Positions 24,410 through 36,387 of a DNA stretch of 64,000 nt are shown one piece after another. The notes beneath the pieces are model-generated. The model saw only the letters and a list, made by a program, of their open reading frames with translations. It had not been told where the DNA came from and searched no databases. Positions within the stretch are counted from its first letter, which is position 1; each line of letters starts with the position of its first letter. The DNA lies in contig JAPETS010000029.1 of assembly GCA_026023565.1 (NCBI GenBank), positions 248,001 through 312,000 of the forward strand, given 5' to 3'. The position numbers and the translations under genes are program-made. This DNA is from Cirrosporium novae-zelandiae. Its lineage: Eukaryota.

Positions 24410-25860
24410 TTTTTAGGTTAATGCAATGAAGGAAAGTGTCGAATTGAAAGGAGGAGGCTCCTAGCTCAAAATGCAACTGCTAACATTGATAATAGATTTA
24501 TGGGAGAAGGGCAACAATATTATGATAATCGAAAGCACCAAGTTGACTTGCCTGCACCTACCATTACCATTTATTAAAACGTGAAGTAGCCCTTTAAAAT
24601 ATATTTGTGGCCATAAGTAAGGTATCCTCACCCGAATCGTTCTATACAAATAATACCAGGATACCCCTGAGCACAAATCTACGTTAACAATGAAACTCTA
24701 ACGGCTGAAACCTAATATAAACTTTATAGTAGGGCTAAGCATTAATCAAAAATGCAGGGTTCTCATCGTAAATGTTGTGTAAAAAGCTGGGGTATCTGAT
24801 TCATCGAGTTCACTGAGCTAGAGGAGCATTATTCATGACAGCTGCGCATATGTTGGATGGCGGTGAGAGACTTTCTCTCTATCAAATGCTCGAAGGACGT
24901 GCCTAGGTCGATGACTACCGAGTTATTGCTAACTGCTAAATTAGAAACATTTCTCCTGTCTCCTGATCTAAATTCCTAACCTGATGGCATATAAGTGCCA
25001 TGAATCCTATGAAAATCGAAATGAGCATGCCTAGAGGTCATTAAGTCCAAAATCCTAGCTCCAATTTTCAGATACCATCAGCCAGAGACGTACTATATGA
25101 TCCCCAAGTGGTTAGAGAACATGACTGATATCGGAGCTCCAACCTCCCCACAAAAGATGACTTCACCGAACAGCTTATATCAGCTCATCCTTCAATAGGA
25201 TTTTTAAACAAGATGTTCAGCTACACTCGACTTTCGTAAATCTTAGAACTAATATCTTCAATTTAGTAAGATTTTATAGGTTCTTAATGTAACGTTGACT
25301 TGCAACTATAAGGTCGTAAAAGATGAAGGGCTTACTAAGTTAACAGATTTTTCTTCTCCGCCAAAATAACTGCCATATGTGGTGTAACATTCGCATCCAC
25401 ATCGTGGCGGTAGATCACGGGCACGCCGTTTGGAACTAAGTTGTACCTTCAGGGGACTCAATTATTAGTTGGATTTAAGCTTGCCATCATGGTCAGCTGC
25501 ACGGACACTATCGCTTAATCCAATGCAGCCTCAAGGGATAAATCTCAAAGCAAAGTGAAATTATGTAGAGTTAGCCGGCCGCCCAAGTGCTTATGGTAAC
25601 GCAAGAGGATTCTAGGTACCTGTAGAATAATCCTTAAAACAGGGACTAGGGTACGCCATTTTATCGATTGGTTCTTCGGATCTGTGAGTTGCGGAAATTA
25701 TAGCCCTGTCTTGTTCTAGGAATAGATAAACAGTGCCAGGCCATATTTTTTAAGCTGGATATTCCCACATTCAAGTAATATTTTTAGGACCTTTGATGGT
25801 GATCTTTTATATTTCTTCTTCTCCTCTTATTTAGCGAGTATATTCAAAACCAATTCCCCA
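24410..25860. promoter_or_regulatory. Shared divergent intergenic/promoter region of the NRPS and MFS transporter
   Basis: Head-to-head ATGs at 24409 (-) and 25861 (+) with no credible gene between. No specific binding site identified. Confidence 0.55.
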
Positions 25861-27975
25861 ATGGATACACAAACAAAACCAGCAAATGCCAAGGAGGATA
25901 CTCCGATGAAAGGTAATATGGATAACAATGAAGAGACTGTGACCGAAGAAGAAGAGGTTATATATCCTGGGCATTTCAAATTCGGGCTCATTTTTGTAGC
26001 TCTCTGTCTCTCAATATTTGAGGTGACTTTGGTGGGTGGCATTGAAGACATTGATGACAGGGAACCCGAGCTAACAATGACAGGACGAAACCATCATTGC
26101 TACAGTGAGAGATTGTCAATTTTGATGAAAATGGTAGATTTTGGAAATTGACCAGAAACATAGGCTGTTCCCACAATCACAAATGAATTTAACTCCCTCA
26201 AGGACGTTGGCTGGTGTGTATAACTTAAGGAGAAGCTTTATAGATGGAGGAGATTACTGAGACAACGTCAAATCTAGGTACGGGTCGGCTTATTTACTAA
26301 CCGTAAGTTGATTTGACCCCTGTAAACTATGCAGACCTTGGCATCTTCAGGTACCCCAAGCCCCAAGCTCTAGCCTCAGGTCCCCCAAATTTAAGGCTCC
26401 GATATTAATCAAAAGCTTAGCTCTGCTCCTTCCAACTTCTGTTCGGCAAGATTTATACAATTTATTCCACCAAACTCACTTTTCTTGTTGCCCTTGGAAT
26501 CCTACAAGTAGGCTCGATTATTTGTGCTGCTGCTCCTAACTCAATTGCTCTAATCTTGTAAGAAAATAAATCCTCCCACTTCTCAGGACCAGCGATATTA
26601 ACTATTCATTAGTGGCAGGTTGATTGCTGGATTAGGAGCCAGTGGTATTTGGTCTGGAGCAATTACTATTCTCTCACGTTCTGTTCCACGAACTAAAATT
26701 GCTCCCTTCAATGGCCTCCTCGGTGCTGTAGCTGGTGTTTCCTGGATCAGTGCTCCGCTGGTTAGTGGTGGTATCATAAACAACCCTAATTTATCTTGGA
26801 GATGGATCTTCTGGATAAACCCAATCGTTGCATGCCCAACCTTGTTGGTTATTGGAGCCTTTGTTAGCCTCCCTCCCCCACCAGCAGCACCCTGGAAACA
26901 AAAGTTAGCCAAAGTTGATCTGCTTGGGTTCTCAGTCTTTCTTCCATCAATTATCTGTCTCTTGCTCGTCCTGCAGTGGGGAGGCTCAGAATATGGTTGG
27001 ACCAATGCACGTATCATCGTGCTGTTCATACTGTTCGGACTCTTGCTAGCGGGCTTTGTCGCGATTCAGATCTGGAAACAAGATGGAGGAGTTCTCCCTC
27101 CACGCATCGTGACCCAAAGAAGCATTGCATTCGGAATATTCTTTTCCCTCTGCTGCTCTGGTGCCTCATTCATTCTTGACTACTATGTTAGTACAAATGT
27201 CATCTTCCATCCTATTATTCATCGAGCTAATCTGTGCATTTCCTCGTAGTTGCCCATCTGGTTCCAAGCAGTGAAAAGGTCAACAGCCTTGGAGTCTAGT
27301 GTTGACATGCTACCCCACATCTTGAGCTCCATTATTATGACCACTGCCTCAGGTGCCGTCGTTCCCATAATCGGATACTACGTCCCAATGATGATAGCAG
27401 CAACCATCCTTCTCTCCATTGGAATTGGCCTAATCACAACCTTCACCCCCTACACCAACTCTCCCAAATGGATCGGCTACCAAGTCCTCACAGGCAGTGG
27501 CCTCGGTCTAGCTCTCCAGCAAACTGTTCTCGCTGCCCAAACAATCCTAAAGCTTGATGACATTCCGATCGGTATCGCCGTTATGACACTCGCTCAAGCG
27601 TTAGGCGGCACTATTTTCCTCTCTGTTTCCGAAGCCGTCTTTACATCCAAGCTTTCTTCGGGGCTGTCTGCCGCCATTCCTGGCCTAGATAAATCCTCCA
27701 TCCTGAATGCAGGCGCCACGGATCTGAGGACCCTCATCCCTGCCAAGTATCTCAAGACTGTGCTGAGGGTCTATAACGATGCCGTTATACAAACTTGGTA
27801 TGTCGCGCTAGCTTTGGCATGTCTTTCAATTCTCGGTGTCATCGGTATGGAGTGGGTGTCCGTCAAACCAGAACAGCCAACCAAGGAGTCCTCACGCAGT
27901 GAATCTAGATCTAGCGAATGCATCTCGGAGGAGAACGAACATACAGAAAAGGCGAAAACTGACATTGAACAATAG
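25861..27975 (+). CDS. MFS drug:H+ antiporter (DHA2, 14-TMS toxin-efflux type), 7 exons
   Basis: Spliced frame [49 protein letters not shown]...GRLIAGLG...SWRWIFWIN...LQWGGSEYGW...LPIWFQAVK. The frame appears intact. Confidence 0.93.
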
Positions 27976-28764
27976 TGAGATAATGTAAAAAAACCCTTTC
28001 AGATAGATTAGAATTTTCGGTCGAATTGGATTGAATAATAGGAAAACGGCAAACAGAGCATATCGTGCTGCAAATTTTACTCTGTATAACTTTTCTATCG
28101 CGCGCTACGCAATGAATCTGAGCCATTCACTTATTCTACAATCCGCTACCTTGCATGAGACCTCATCCATGCATCTCCCCGCGCAATGAATGTAAGCAGT
28201 GAAGGTGACCTACCTATTATTCTCTACTTGTGTGCATTTAAGAAGCCCACTTGTCCTCCTCGCAACTATTCTCAGTCTCACTCTTCCCAGAACTCCTCAT
28301 ATTATCTTCTTACTCATTATACTATCTTCCTTACTCATTATTCTCATCCTCATTTGTATATGTCAAAGGAATCTCGACACCATTTATAGTGGCTACACTT
28401 TCCTCTTAGTAATATATAACACAAAACCATCAAGACATTTTTATATAACATAAATCACTAATGCACTTTATATAAACTCAATATCTAGTTATCCAGAGTA
28501 GAGCAGATTTTAATCTCTAGACATCACATCCCCCTCCACAGGCATTGATTTTAATGTTCCCTAGAATGCCTGAATATGTTGCTCTCTAATCCCGATATTC
28601 TCTTTCACGCCTACTCGCGGGCTCAAGAGGTATACCTGGTACACCTATTCTCGTGGTGGGTGGGGTATCTAGGGGAAGAAATCCCAAATGGGTTTCCCTA
28701 CAACTTCCCACAGTTGATATGATACCTTCGGAGGGCCTTCCACGAGCAATAGATAGTATGCAAG

Positions 28765-29325
28765 ATGACACCTCAAACTTTTAGTATATACAAACATCCC
28801 AAAAAAAGCACAAAATATATAATTAGGCAAGCCGACATTTCAAACACTTACATATCTCAGTCAAAAAGGGGGCTGGTGAATGGGTTTAGAAGCATGGGGA
28901 AGGAGATTGTTATACCCTTAGGCAATCGGCACCCTATAGGTAATTATGTTTACACAACGCACATGTGGACTATTGAAGAAAAGGAAGCCTCCGATCGATA
29001 TGGGAGAAGATCTCGGGAACTATTCCAACTAGATATTAATCAAACAGCAGTTGTCGTTATCAGCTGGATCCGGATGCGTTCGTCACCTTTCAACGTAACT
29101 GTCACCCACCTTCCCACTTTCTTCTCGAAAACAGAACTCATACGCCAAAACAGCTACGATCCCCCCGATCTTAACCTTGTCGATTTCTTGGAACATGCTA
29201 CCTTGGATGAACCTTACACTTTATTCTTTAACATCATCGAAGCTGCTACCGGGATCATTTGTGGCCTACTTCTCTTTCCTTCCCCTCCCTTGCCAGTATG
29301 CGTACTAAAGGACAAGTCACCTTAG
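28765..29325 (+). CDS. Uncertain hypothetical ORF (186 aa)
   Basis: Open ATG-to-stop frame only, with no recognised motif, in a degenerate-looking intergenic region. Confidence 0.2.
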   Translation: MTPQTFSIYKHPKKSTKYIIRQADISNTYISQSKRGLVNGFRSMGKEIVIPLGNRHPIGNYVYTTHMWTIEEKEASDRYGRRSRELFQLDINQTAVVVISWIRMRSSPFNVTVTHLPTFFSKTELIRQNSYDPPDLNLVDFLEHATLDEPYTLFFNIIEAATGIICGLLLFPSPPLPVCVLKDKSP

Positions 29326-30430
29326 GCATCATAGATAGTGTCTAAAAGTTGGCTTCCTAATGTTCGTCCTCCTCGGTCTTTTTGAAGGGAAATCAATGCC
29401 AGTCGGATTGGAACGATTAGAGGTAGATATAACTGGAATGAAAGTGAAAGAAAGTGAGCAAGCTTTACGAGGTAACACTCCTCGCCTTCGAAGATAGGCC
29501 CACCGGAGGAGGTTACTGGAAGGTTTAGGGATCTGAGGCTTTCGCAGGACTTTTTTTTTTCTATATATCGGGGTTGTGCTTGACCTGCATTAACAGCAGG
29601 GTTACCTTCTTGTGGCTACAGTCTAGAAATGGGAATTCGAGTCATCGGTTAGGAACAATACAAGACATATATTTTAACATATAAGTAAGTAGGTAGTCAA
29701 CCTAGGGTTTTAGCATCTGCTTGTAATCGGATTCTCAAAATTCCTAGGAGAGTGATTGTTTTAAGTATTTCGTAGGTAGGGTATTTAGGAGGACTTCCCG
29801 TTTAGAAAACATTGTAGAATGTTCAATAGACTTAAATATTTAGCTGTATGCCCAATAGGATATTCGGTAGGATACTCGGTAGGAACCCAGCAGGGCTCTC
29901 GTGAGGGTGTCCCGTAGAATATAGATTTTGAATATGGAGAGTGGTGAAATTCTATAAGTGGGTCGATACTTGAAAACGACCTAGGTTAACTATAGATATG
30001 TACATCAGATGAGGCGTGAAATCCTACCAGTTACGTAAGTAATCAGAATAAAAAGGTAGAAGTAATATGTAGGTAGAATATAACCATACTGAGAAAACCT
30101 ACCTTACTCGCCGACCTACCACCAGTGCTACAGAACCCAACCAGCAAAACACTTAATAATGTCCATGCACTTCCAATTCAAATTATCACTTTAATATTTG
30201 CTATGCACAAAAAAGAGCTATTGTATTGCAATTATTTTCGGCAATATGTCCATCATAGGGACGCACGATGCTTTCATTGACTATCGTTGAAGTAGTTTCA
30301 TGCAATACCCAACCCGACTCCCCTGAAGTCAACTCCTGGAGCCCGTCTTAATGCTTTTGGCATTCCTTTCGCCCCGTAAAAAGTATTATGGAAAAAAACC
30401 TAGAACGCCTGAAAGAGGAGATACTGAGAG

Positions 30431-32598
30431 TTATTGGGCGCTAGGCCCTTCTGCCTGCTTCTTTTCGTCGTCATTGGTAGGTTCCTCTTTCTTGTCCTTT
30501 CCACCCTCTGCTACTTGAATGCCTTCCATCTTATCGCCATCATCTATAGCACTGGTGCTAGTTTCAGCGGGTGGCTGTGCTGAGGCGGCAGGTGTAGGGA
30601 GAGATTCGGTGGCAGGTGCAGAAGCAGTAATCGTTGTATTCGATACTGGAGGAGAAGCAGGTGGAGTATTTTCTTGTGGGCCGTTAGCAACAGCCGCAGG
30701 TGGCGCAGTGGTTATGGCTGCAGGGGCTTCAGCATCGCCCATCTGAACATCTTCATCCTCAGGTGGTGCATGAGACTCTGTATGAGATGCTGCAGATGAA
30801 TCGGGATTCTCGCTTGCAGCAGGAGTGGCAGAGTCGTCTTTCAGCGCTGATTCATGATTGATGCCATTTGTGTGGGCCACACCATTTAACCCATCATCAG
30901 CTTCCGAGGCGCTTTGATGGTGGGGGCTTGCAGCACCACTATTGATACCGTCGTCGGCAGCATGGGAGTTCTTGAAATCGGTGATATTCCGACGCCTCTT
31001 TTGACCTGGTTGACGGTGGACTCCGTGTCGCTCGCTCTCCTCTTCATCTTCACTTTCACTGAGCTCCCCTTCCTTCTCCACGTACTGATCCCAGCGACGT
31101 TTAGTATATCTCGAGTCCTTGTGTTCATCCGAGTCAAGGTCATCGAGAATCGCGTCGGCTTCGTCATCCATGCCAATTGGGTCTCGGGGAACATCAGTCA
31201 TCTGGACGGAGGGGGCATGAGCGGTCCGCTTGAGATTTTCTATGACTTGGATCTTGATCTTCTCAAGGTATTCCCGAGAATTGGCATTTTCCATATTGGA
31301 AGCCCTGACGTTAAGCTCGTAATCGGGAGCGAAGTACTGCCTTGAAGTTAGTCACTGCAAGTTTCAGAGATCCTTGATCAACCTACCTCGTAATAGTCAT
31401 TGTAGGGCAGTTTTGGGTCCATGGTTTCACCGACCACGACACCCGTCTCGAAAGCCCAAGTACGAGCGACATTTCGCATGGTATACCCGCCACCGCCAAC
31501 GACCAGAGTTGGGAGACCAAAGCTCTTGACGAAGTTGACACAATTGGCATGGCCTCTCATTGTCAGGTTGAAAGCACCAAGTCGATCGCCAGATAAGCTA
31601 TCCCCACCACATTGGCACACAACAGCCTCTGGGCGGTAGTATTCCATGATGGCACTGATGACAGGTTCGAAGATGGTACGATATGACCAATCGGTAATTC
31701 CATCCCTGAGTGGGAAATTGACAGCGTAGTGCTTTCCAGAACCAACACCAATGTCTCGAAGCTCACCGGTTCCAGGGAAGTATTCACCATACTTATGAAA
31801 CGAGCAAGTCATCACTCGGTCTGTGGTGTAGAACGCTTCCTCGACACCATCGCCATGGTGAACATCAATATCTACATAGAGGACTCGTTGTTTGAACCTC
31901 AGTAGCTCTAGGATCCCAAGAACAATGTCTAACTAGGATTAGCGCCTGAAATTAATAATCGGGAGGTTAACCATACCATTGACGTAGCAGAAGCCACTGG
32001 CTTCGCTCTTCTTCGCGTGGTGGAGGCCACCAGCCCAGTTGACAGCGATATCGCATTTGCCCCGATTGAGCCTTGCGGCGCCTTCCATGCTCCCTCCAGC
32101 GCTGATACCGCAAAATTCGAATAGGCCGTCAAAAACGGGACAATCGCAGTCTTCTCCCACGTGAAATTTCCCTTGCTCCTTCCAGAACCCTTCCATATTG
32201 TCTGGAGTGATTTTGGATAAGAAGTCGATATACTCATCAGTATGAAACTGGGTCATTTCATGCTTTGAGGCTGGTTTCGCGCGCTAAAAAGTTGTTAGCT
32301 TTGAGTTACAGCATCTCTGGGTTAAAGCACAGCTTATGAGAAACGCTTCCCTCGCTGAAGCGAGGAGTGGACATGTGAACTTTTAGAATCGGATTAGACT
32401 TACATATATTTCCATTTTTTTGTATAGGCCGTAATTCATCACCAAGGAGTGGGCCATGCGCATTCGGTGAGGTTTCATGGGATGACCAGCATTATAAGCA
32501 TAGTTCCCGACATCTGAATCGTAAAAGTATGCGACTCGTTTCTTCTCTTGGTTATTGATAGTGAGGTCTTGCGCTGTAAAAGCGCCAGTACCACCCAT
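30431..32598 (-). CDS. RPD3: Class I histone deacetylase Rpd3/RpdA, 4 exons
   Basis: Exons 32598-32404, 32283-31977, 31928-31387 and 31336-30431. Motifs [58 protein letters not shown] and an acidic C-terminal tail. Confidence 0.97.
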
Positions 32599-33204
32599 GA
32601 TGGACTTATCAAACGTTTAGGGGCTATATGATAAATAGTTCGGTAGAGAGGACGTTATAGTATAACCAATGATGAGAAGAAAACTGAGGTAGTAACTGGT
32701 TAAAATCTTTGGGGGTGATGGTTAAGGTGAGGTAAAGTGAGGTGAGATGAAGAATATCAAAGGGAATGAATAAATGAGTGACGGAGGAAATGCACATAAA
32801 GGCCGCTTGGGAACCTGTTAAGCGACAAGTATAACACTGCTGAGAAACTGGGGGCTGGTTCTTATATTTTATAGGGTGTATTAACCGCTCACGTGGTATG
32901 GTCAGATATATAGCCGACATAGTTGTCCAGGAGAAGAAATAAAGTCACGTGGATAGCTTTTTTATGGTACCACTTTGCTTAGTCATAATAAACTAGTGAA
33001 TTTGCTACCTTATCACCCCGATTGCCTAAACTGAGCTTTGAACAGCTAAAGTGAATACCATCTTCACTGCAGCAAAATAAGGTCTCAACTTCACTTTCTT
33101 GCAACTCTCTTCTTCCAGTTTCTAGAAAGTATATTGAATTGAATAACTAAAGGCGCATTTCTAAAAACGGTGCCCGCCATTCAAAACTGCTTATAGACCG
33201 CCAA

Positions 33205-34457
33205 ATGGATCGCTTGAACCGAATACTTCAAGCTGCGTCGGGGATGGGTGGGATGAATGCTTCAAGTCCAGGTGGTGTAAGTCTTCTTTATATCTATCTA
33301 CAGGGCTATTTCCCGGTTGCCCACGTTGCTGGGACACAGAATTGCGGATTCGATTAATTTGGATTTATTACTTGCCGCTCCAATACTTTGACTAACACGT
33401 AATATGTAGGATACTCCAAACCTTATCGACAACTCCGAGACTGTATATATCTCCTCCTTGGCCCTTCTTAAAATGCTACGACACGGAAGAGCAGGTGTGC
33501 CCATGGAGGTCATGGGGCTGATGCTTGGGGGGTTTGTGGATGATTTTACAGTTCGCGTTGTAGATGTCTTTGCCATGCCACAAAGTGGTACTGGGGTCAG
33601 TGTTGAAGCTGTTGACCCAGTATTTCAAACCAAGATGATGGATATGTTAAGGCAAACTGGACGGTCAGTGGCATAATATTTCGCGAGATCATGATACTAA
33701 CTATTCTCAAGACAAGAGACTGTAGTTGGCTGGTACCATTCACATCCTGGTTTCGGATGTTGGCTCTCTTCCGTCGATATAAATACCCAACAGTCCTTCG
33801 AGCAGCTTACTCCTCGTGCCGTAGCTGTTGTTGTTGATCCTATCCAGTCAGTCAAAGGCAAAGTTGTCATAGATGCATTCCGGTTGATTCAACCCCAAAC
33901 ACTCATGATGGGCCAAGAACCACGACAAACAACATCTAACTTGGGACACCTTAATAAACCTTCGATACAAGCTCTTATCCATGGTCTGAACAGACATTAC
34001 TACAGCATTGGAATAAACTACCGAAAGACTGGCCTTGAGGAGAACATGCTTATGAACTTACATAAACATGTCTGGACTGACGCCCTTGAGATGAATGATT
34101 TCAAAGAGGAAGCACACCGGAATGAAGATAAACTGAAACGACTGGTTGATCTTGCCGAGGGCTATGAGAAGAGGGTCAAGGAGGAGACTGAGCTGACTAA
34201 GGAGCAACTTAAGACAAGATATGTTGGAAAGGTAGACCCAAAGAAGCGTACGTTTGCTAATTCTAACATTAACCACTATAATCCTCGTGCTAACTTTCAC
34301 TACAGATATCGAAGATGTCGGCCAACAACTTATCGAAGATAATATTGTAGCCGTGTCCCGCCAGATGATAGACAAGGAAGCATCAGTCGCAAAGACAAAT
34401 GGAGAAGCAAACAGTCGGCAAAATGGTGGGGACATGGAAATAGATGACGAACTTTAA
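33205..34457 (+). CDS. RPN11: 26S proteasome lid JAMM deubiquitinase Rpn11, 4 exons
   Basis: [35 protein letters not shown] motif [32 protein letters not shown]. Confidence 0.97.
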
Positions 34458-34766
34458 GTCTAGGGAAAACAATTCCGCTGAATATCATGACCATGGGTTT
34501 CATTCATTGTATCATAGCTCTACAGACGGAATAGAGACCTAATAAAAGAGACCTAACGCCACATGCTTGCTCAAGAACTAATATACGTGCTGTATTTCGA
34601 GATCAAATCCAAGAAACATCCAAATCGCAAAATCCAAGGCTCGTACAAGATATTTCTAGGGACTTTCATCCAGTCCAAGTTATGACTGAAACACGCCAAT
34701 GGAATATTCTGCTCTTGAGACCATTCAAGGTCACGCTAGTATTGAACAATGAAAAAACTACACCAC

Positions 34767-35639
34767 CTACTCTATCCCTGGTAGCACAACACCCCCGACT
34801 ACTAACCCTGCCATGCGAGCATTGAGAGATTCAATGGTTCCTTCATCACAAACAACGTCATCGTTCCACCCTCGCTCTGGACCCCACGTAACTTTTCTCC
34901 CAGCTAGCTTTGTCACCTCCAGCAATCTTGTCATTAGTGATGCCGTCCTCTCAACAGATGGATAACCATCGAACTGTACATTCTCCACGGAACCAATCTC
35001 CGCAAGGAGCCCTTCAAGTAGCGAGCCTGCGAAGCCGGTGAAGAAATCCTTGGAGATTCTGAAGCCTTTGAAGATGCTGTGGGAGGGGTCGCACTCCACA
35101 AAGACCTTGAGCGTCTTTAAAGACTCTAGATCAGGGAGTCCCAGGCGTTTATGCACATGCCACGATTTTGGTGGTGAACTCCACCCTGGTCCTAGGCGCA
35201 ATTCGAGGGTCCTGATTACTTTGCGATAATGTGGTGGAAGACGGGCTAGCAATGGCAGTTGTCTATTTCCCATGAAACGTCCATGGATGGGAAATAGACG
35301 GAAAGTAGAACTACCATAAAAGATGGGATATGCTTCGGCATGGATACGCTTGCAGGTGAGAAAAAGGTCTAAACGGGGAGCAATGCGTCGATAGTTTGTA
35401 GGGTCCATGTCGATCGTACGATTGACGCATAGAGCCATCTTGTAAATATTGTTGCGAATTTCTGATGGCAGGTCGAAAAAATATTTGAAACGTGGATGAC
35501 GACGACGCTGGATTTCCTCTTCAGATAGTTCCTCTGGGGCAGGTTCTGGAGGCTCCTCAACTATGCAGAATTCCGTTGCCGACTTTCTGACAAGTCGAGG
35601 AAGCCTGGACTTCGAGGGCTTTGTAGCTGGGTGTCCCAT
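34767..35639 (-). CDS. Conserved-looking hypothetical protein with F-box-like N-terminal motif (290 aa)
   Basis: Single ORF with FFDLPSEIRNNIY and LTCKRIHAEAYPIFYG motifs typical of fungal F-box-like proteins. Confidence 0.75.
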   Translation of the reverse strand: MGHPATKPSKSRLPRLVRKSATEFCIVEEPPEPAPEELSEEEIQRRRHPRFKYFFDLPSEIRNNIYKMALCVNRTIDMDPTNYRRIAPRLDLFLTCKRIHAEAYPIFYGSSTFRLFPIHGRFMGNRQLPLLARLPPHYRKVIRTLELRLGPGWSSPPKSWHVHKRLGLPDLESLKTLKVFVECDPSHSIFKGFRISKDFFTGFAGSLLEGLLAEIGSVENVQFDGYPSVERTASLMTRLLEVTKLAGRKVTWGPERGWNDDVVCDEGTIESLNARMAGLVVGGVVLPGIE

Positions 35640-36387
35640 AATAATACAAGATGCTTGTCAATGTGTATTATGAAAGATGAATATGTCCTGGGATCGACTT
35701 TAACTGGTGATGCGATGGATCGGGATATGTACTAGCGGTATAGATTTAGGGTAGCTTTGGGGACAGCCGAGGGATAGATAAGCAGGTTCGAAGGACTTTG
35801 GCACAATTCAATGCTACTTGCTCGAAATGGCTCCCAGTTGCATTGCTATGCATGATTTATATAAAAACAAGTCTGATTGTGATTCTAGGCCATGAATTTA
35901 TCAAATGGCCAGAAATAAATTAAGACATTTTGTATCGATACTAACGGAACAAACAGCTCAAAGGAAGCCTAGCTGTAGTTCTTGAGAGTACGACTGATGA
36001 GACATTAGTCTCCCCAGCTAATACAACTCTATGTCCATTAATGAATACCTGTTCTAGGTGGGACGTTGAGTCAAATTTCGTGATTCTGGGTGTGCAACTT
36101 TCATGAGGAAAAGAAGATTATTGAAGTGAAGAGAAGAAAGGAAGAAATAGGGAAAAAAAAATGCACAAGTGATTGACTTGGTCTGACGTAGCATAATTAT
36201 TCTCGAATGCACAGCTCCAAAATTTGGAGGGAGGATCTATCCATAATTGCAAATCATTTAACTCTACATTCATTCATTCCTTCATTCCCACTTTTGCGCC
36301 AATCAGTCTATTAATTTCGCCCCACAGGGTAGACTTTGTCTTACTCCACTCATATCCTCATGAGACCAAGTTTATAAAGTCTCCGTC

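Noticed and set aside
32350..32365. Small hairpin CCTCGC-TGAA-GCGAGG in RPD3 intron 1
   Set aside because: A single 6-7 bp stem is expected by chance.
14132..32598. Classic cyclic-tetrapeptide HDAC-inhibitor cluster (HC-toxin/apicidin type)
   Set aside because: Only three modules, no epimerase or terminal cyclising C domain, and no FAS, aminotransferase or P450 genes for the Aeo/Aoda residue in the window.
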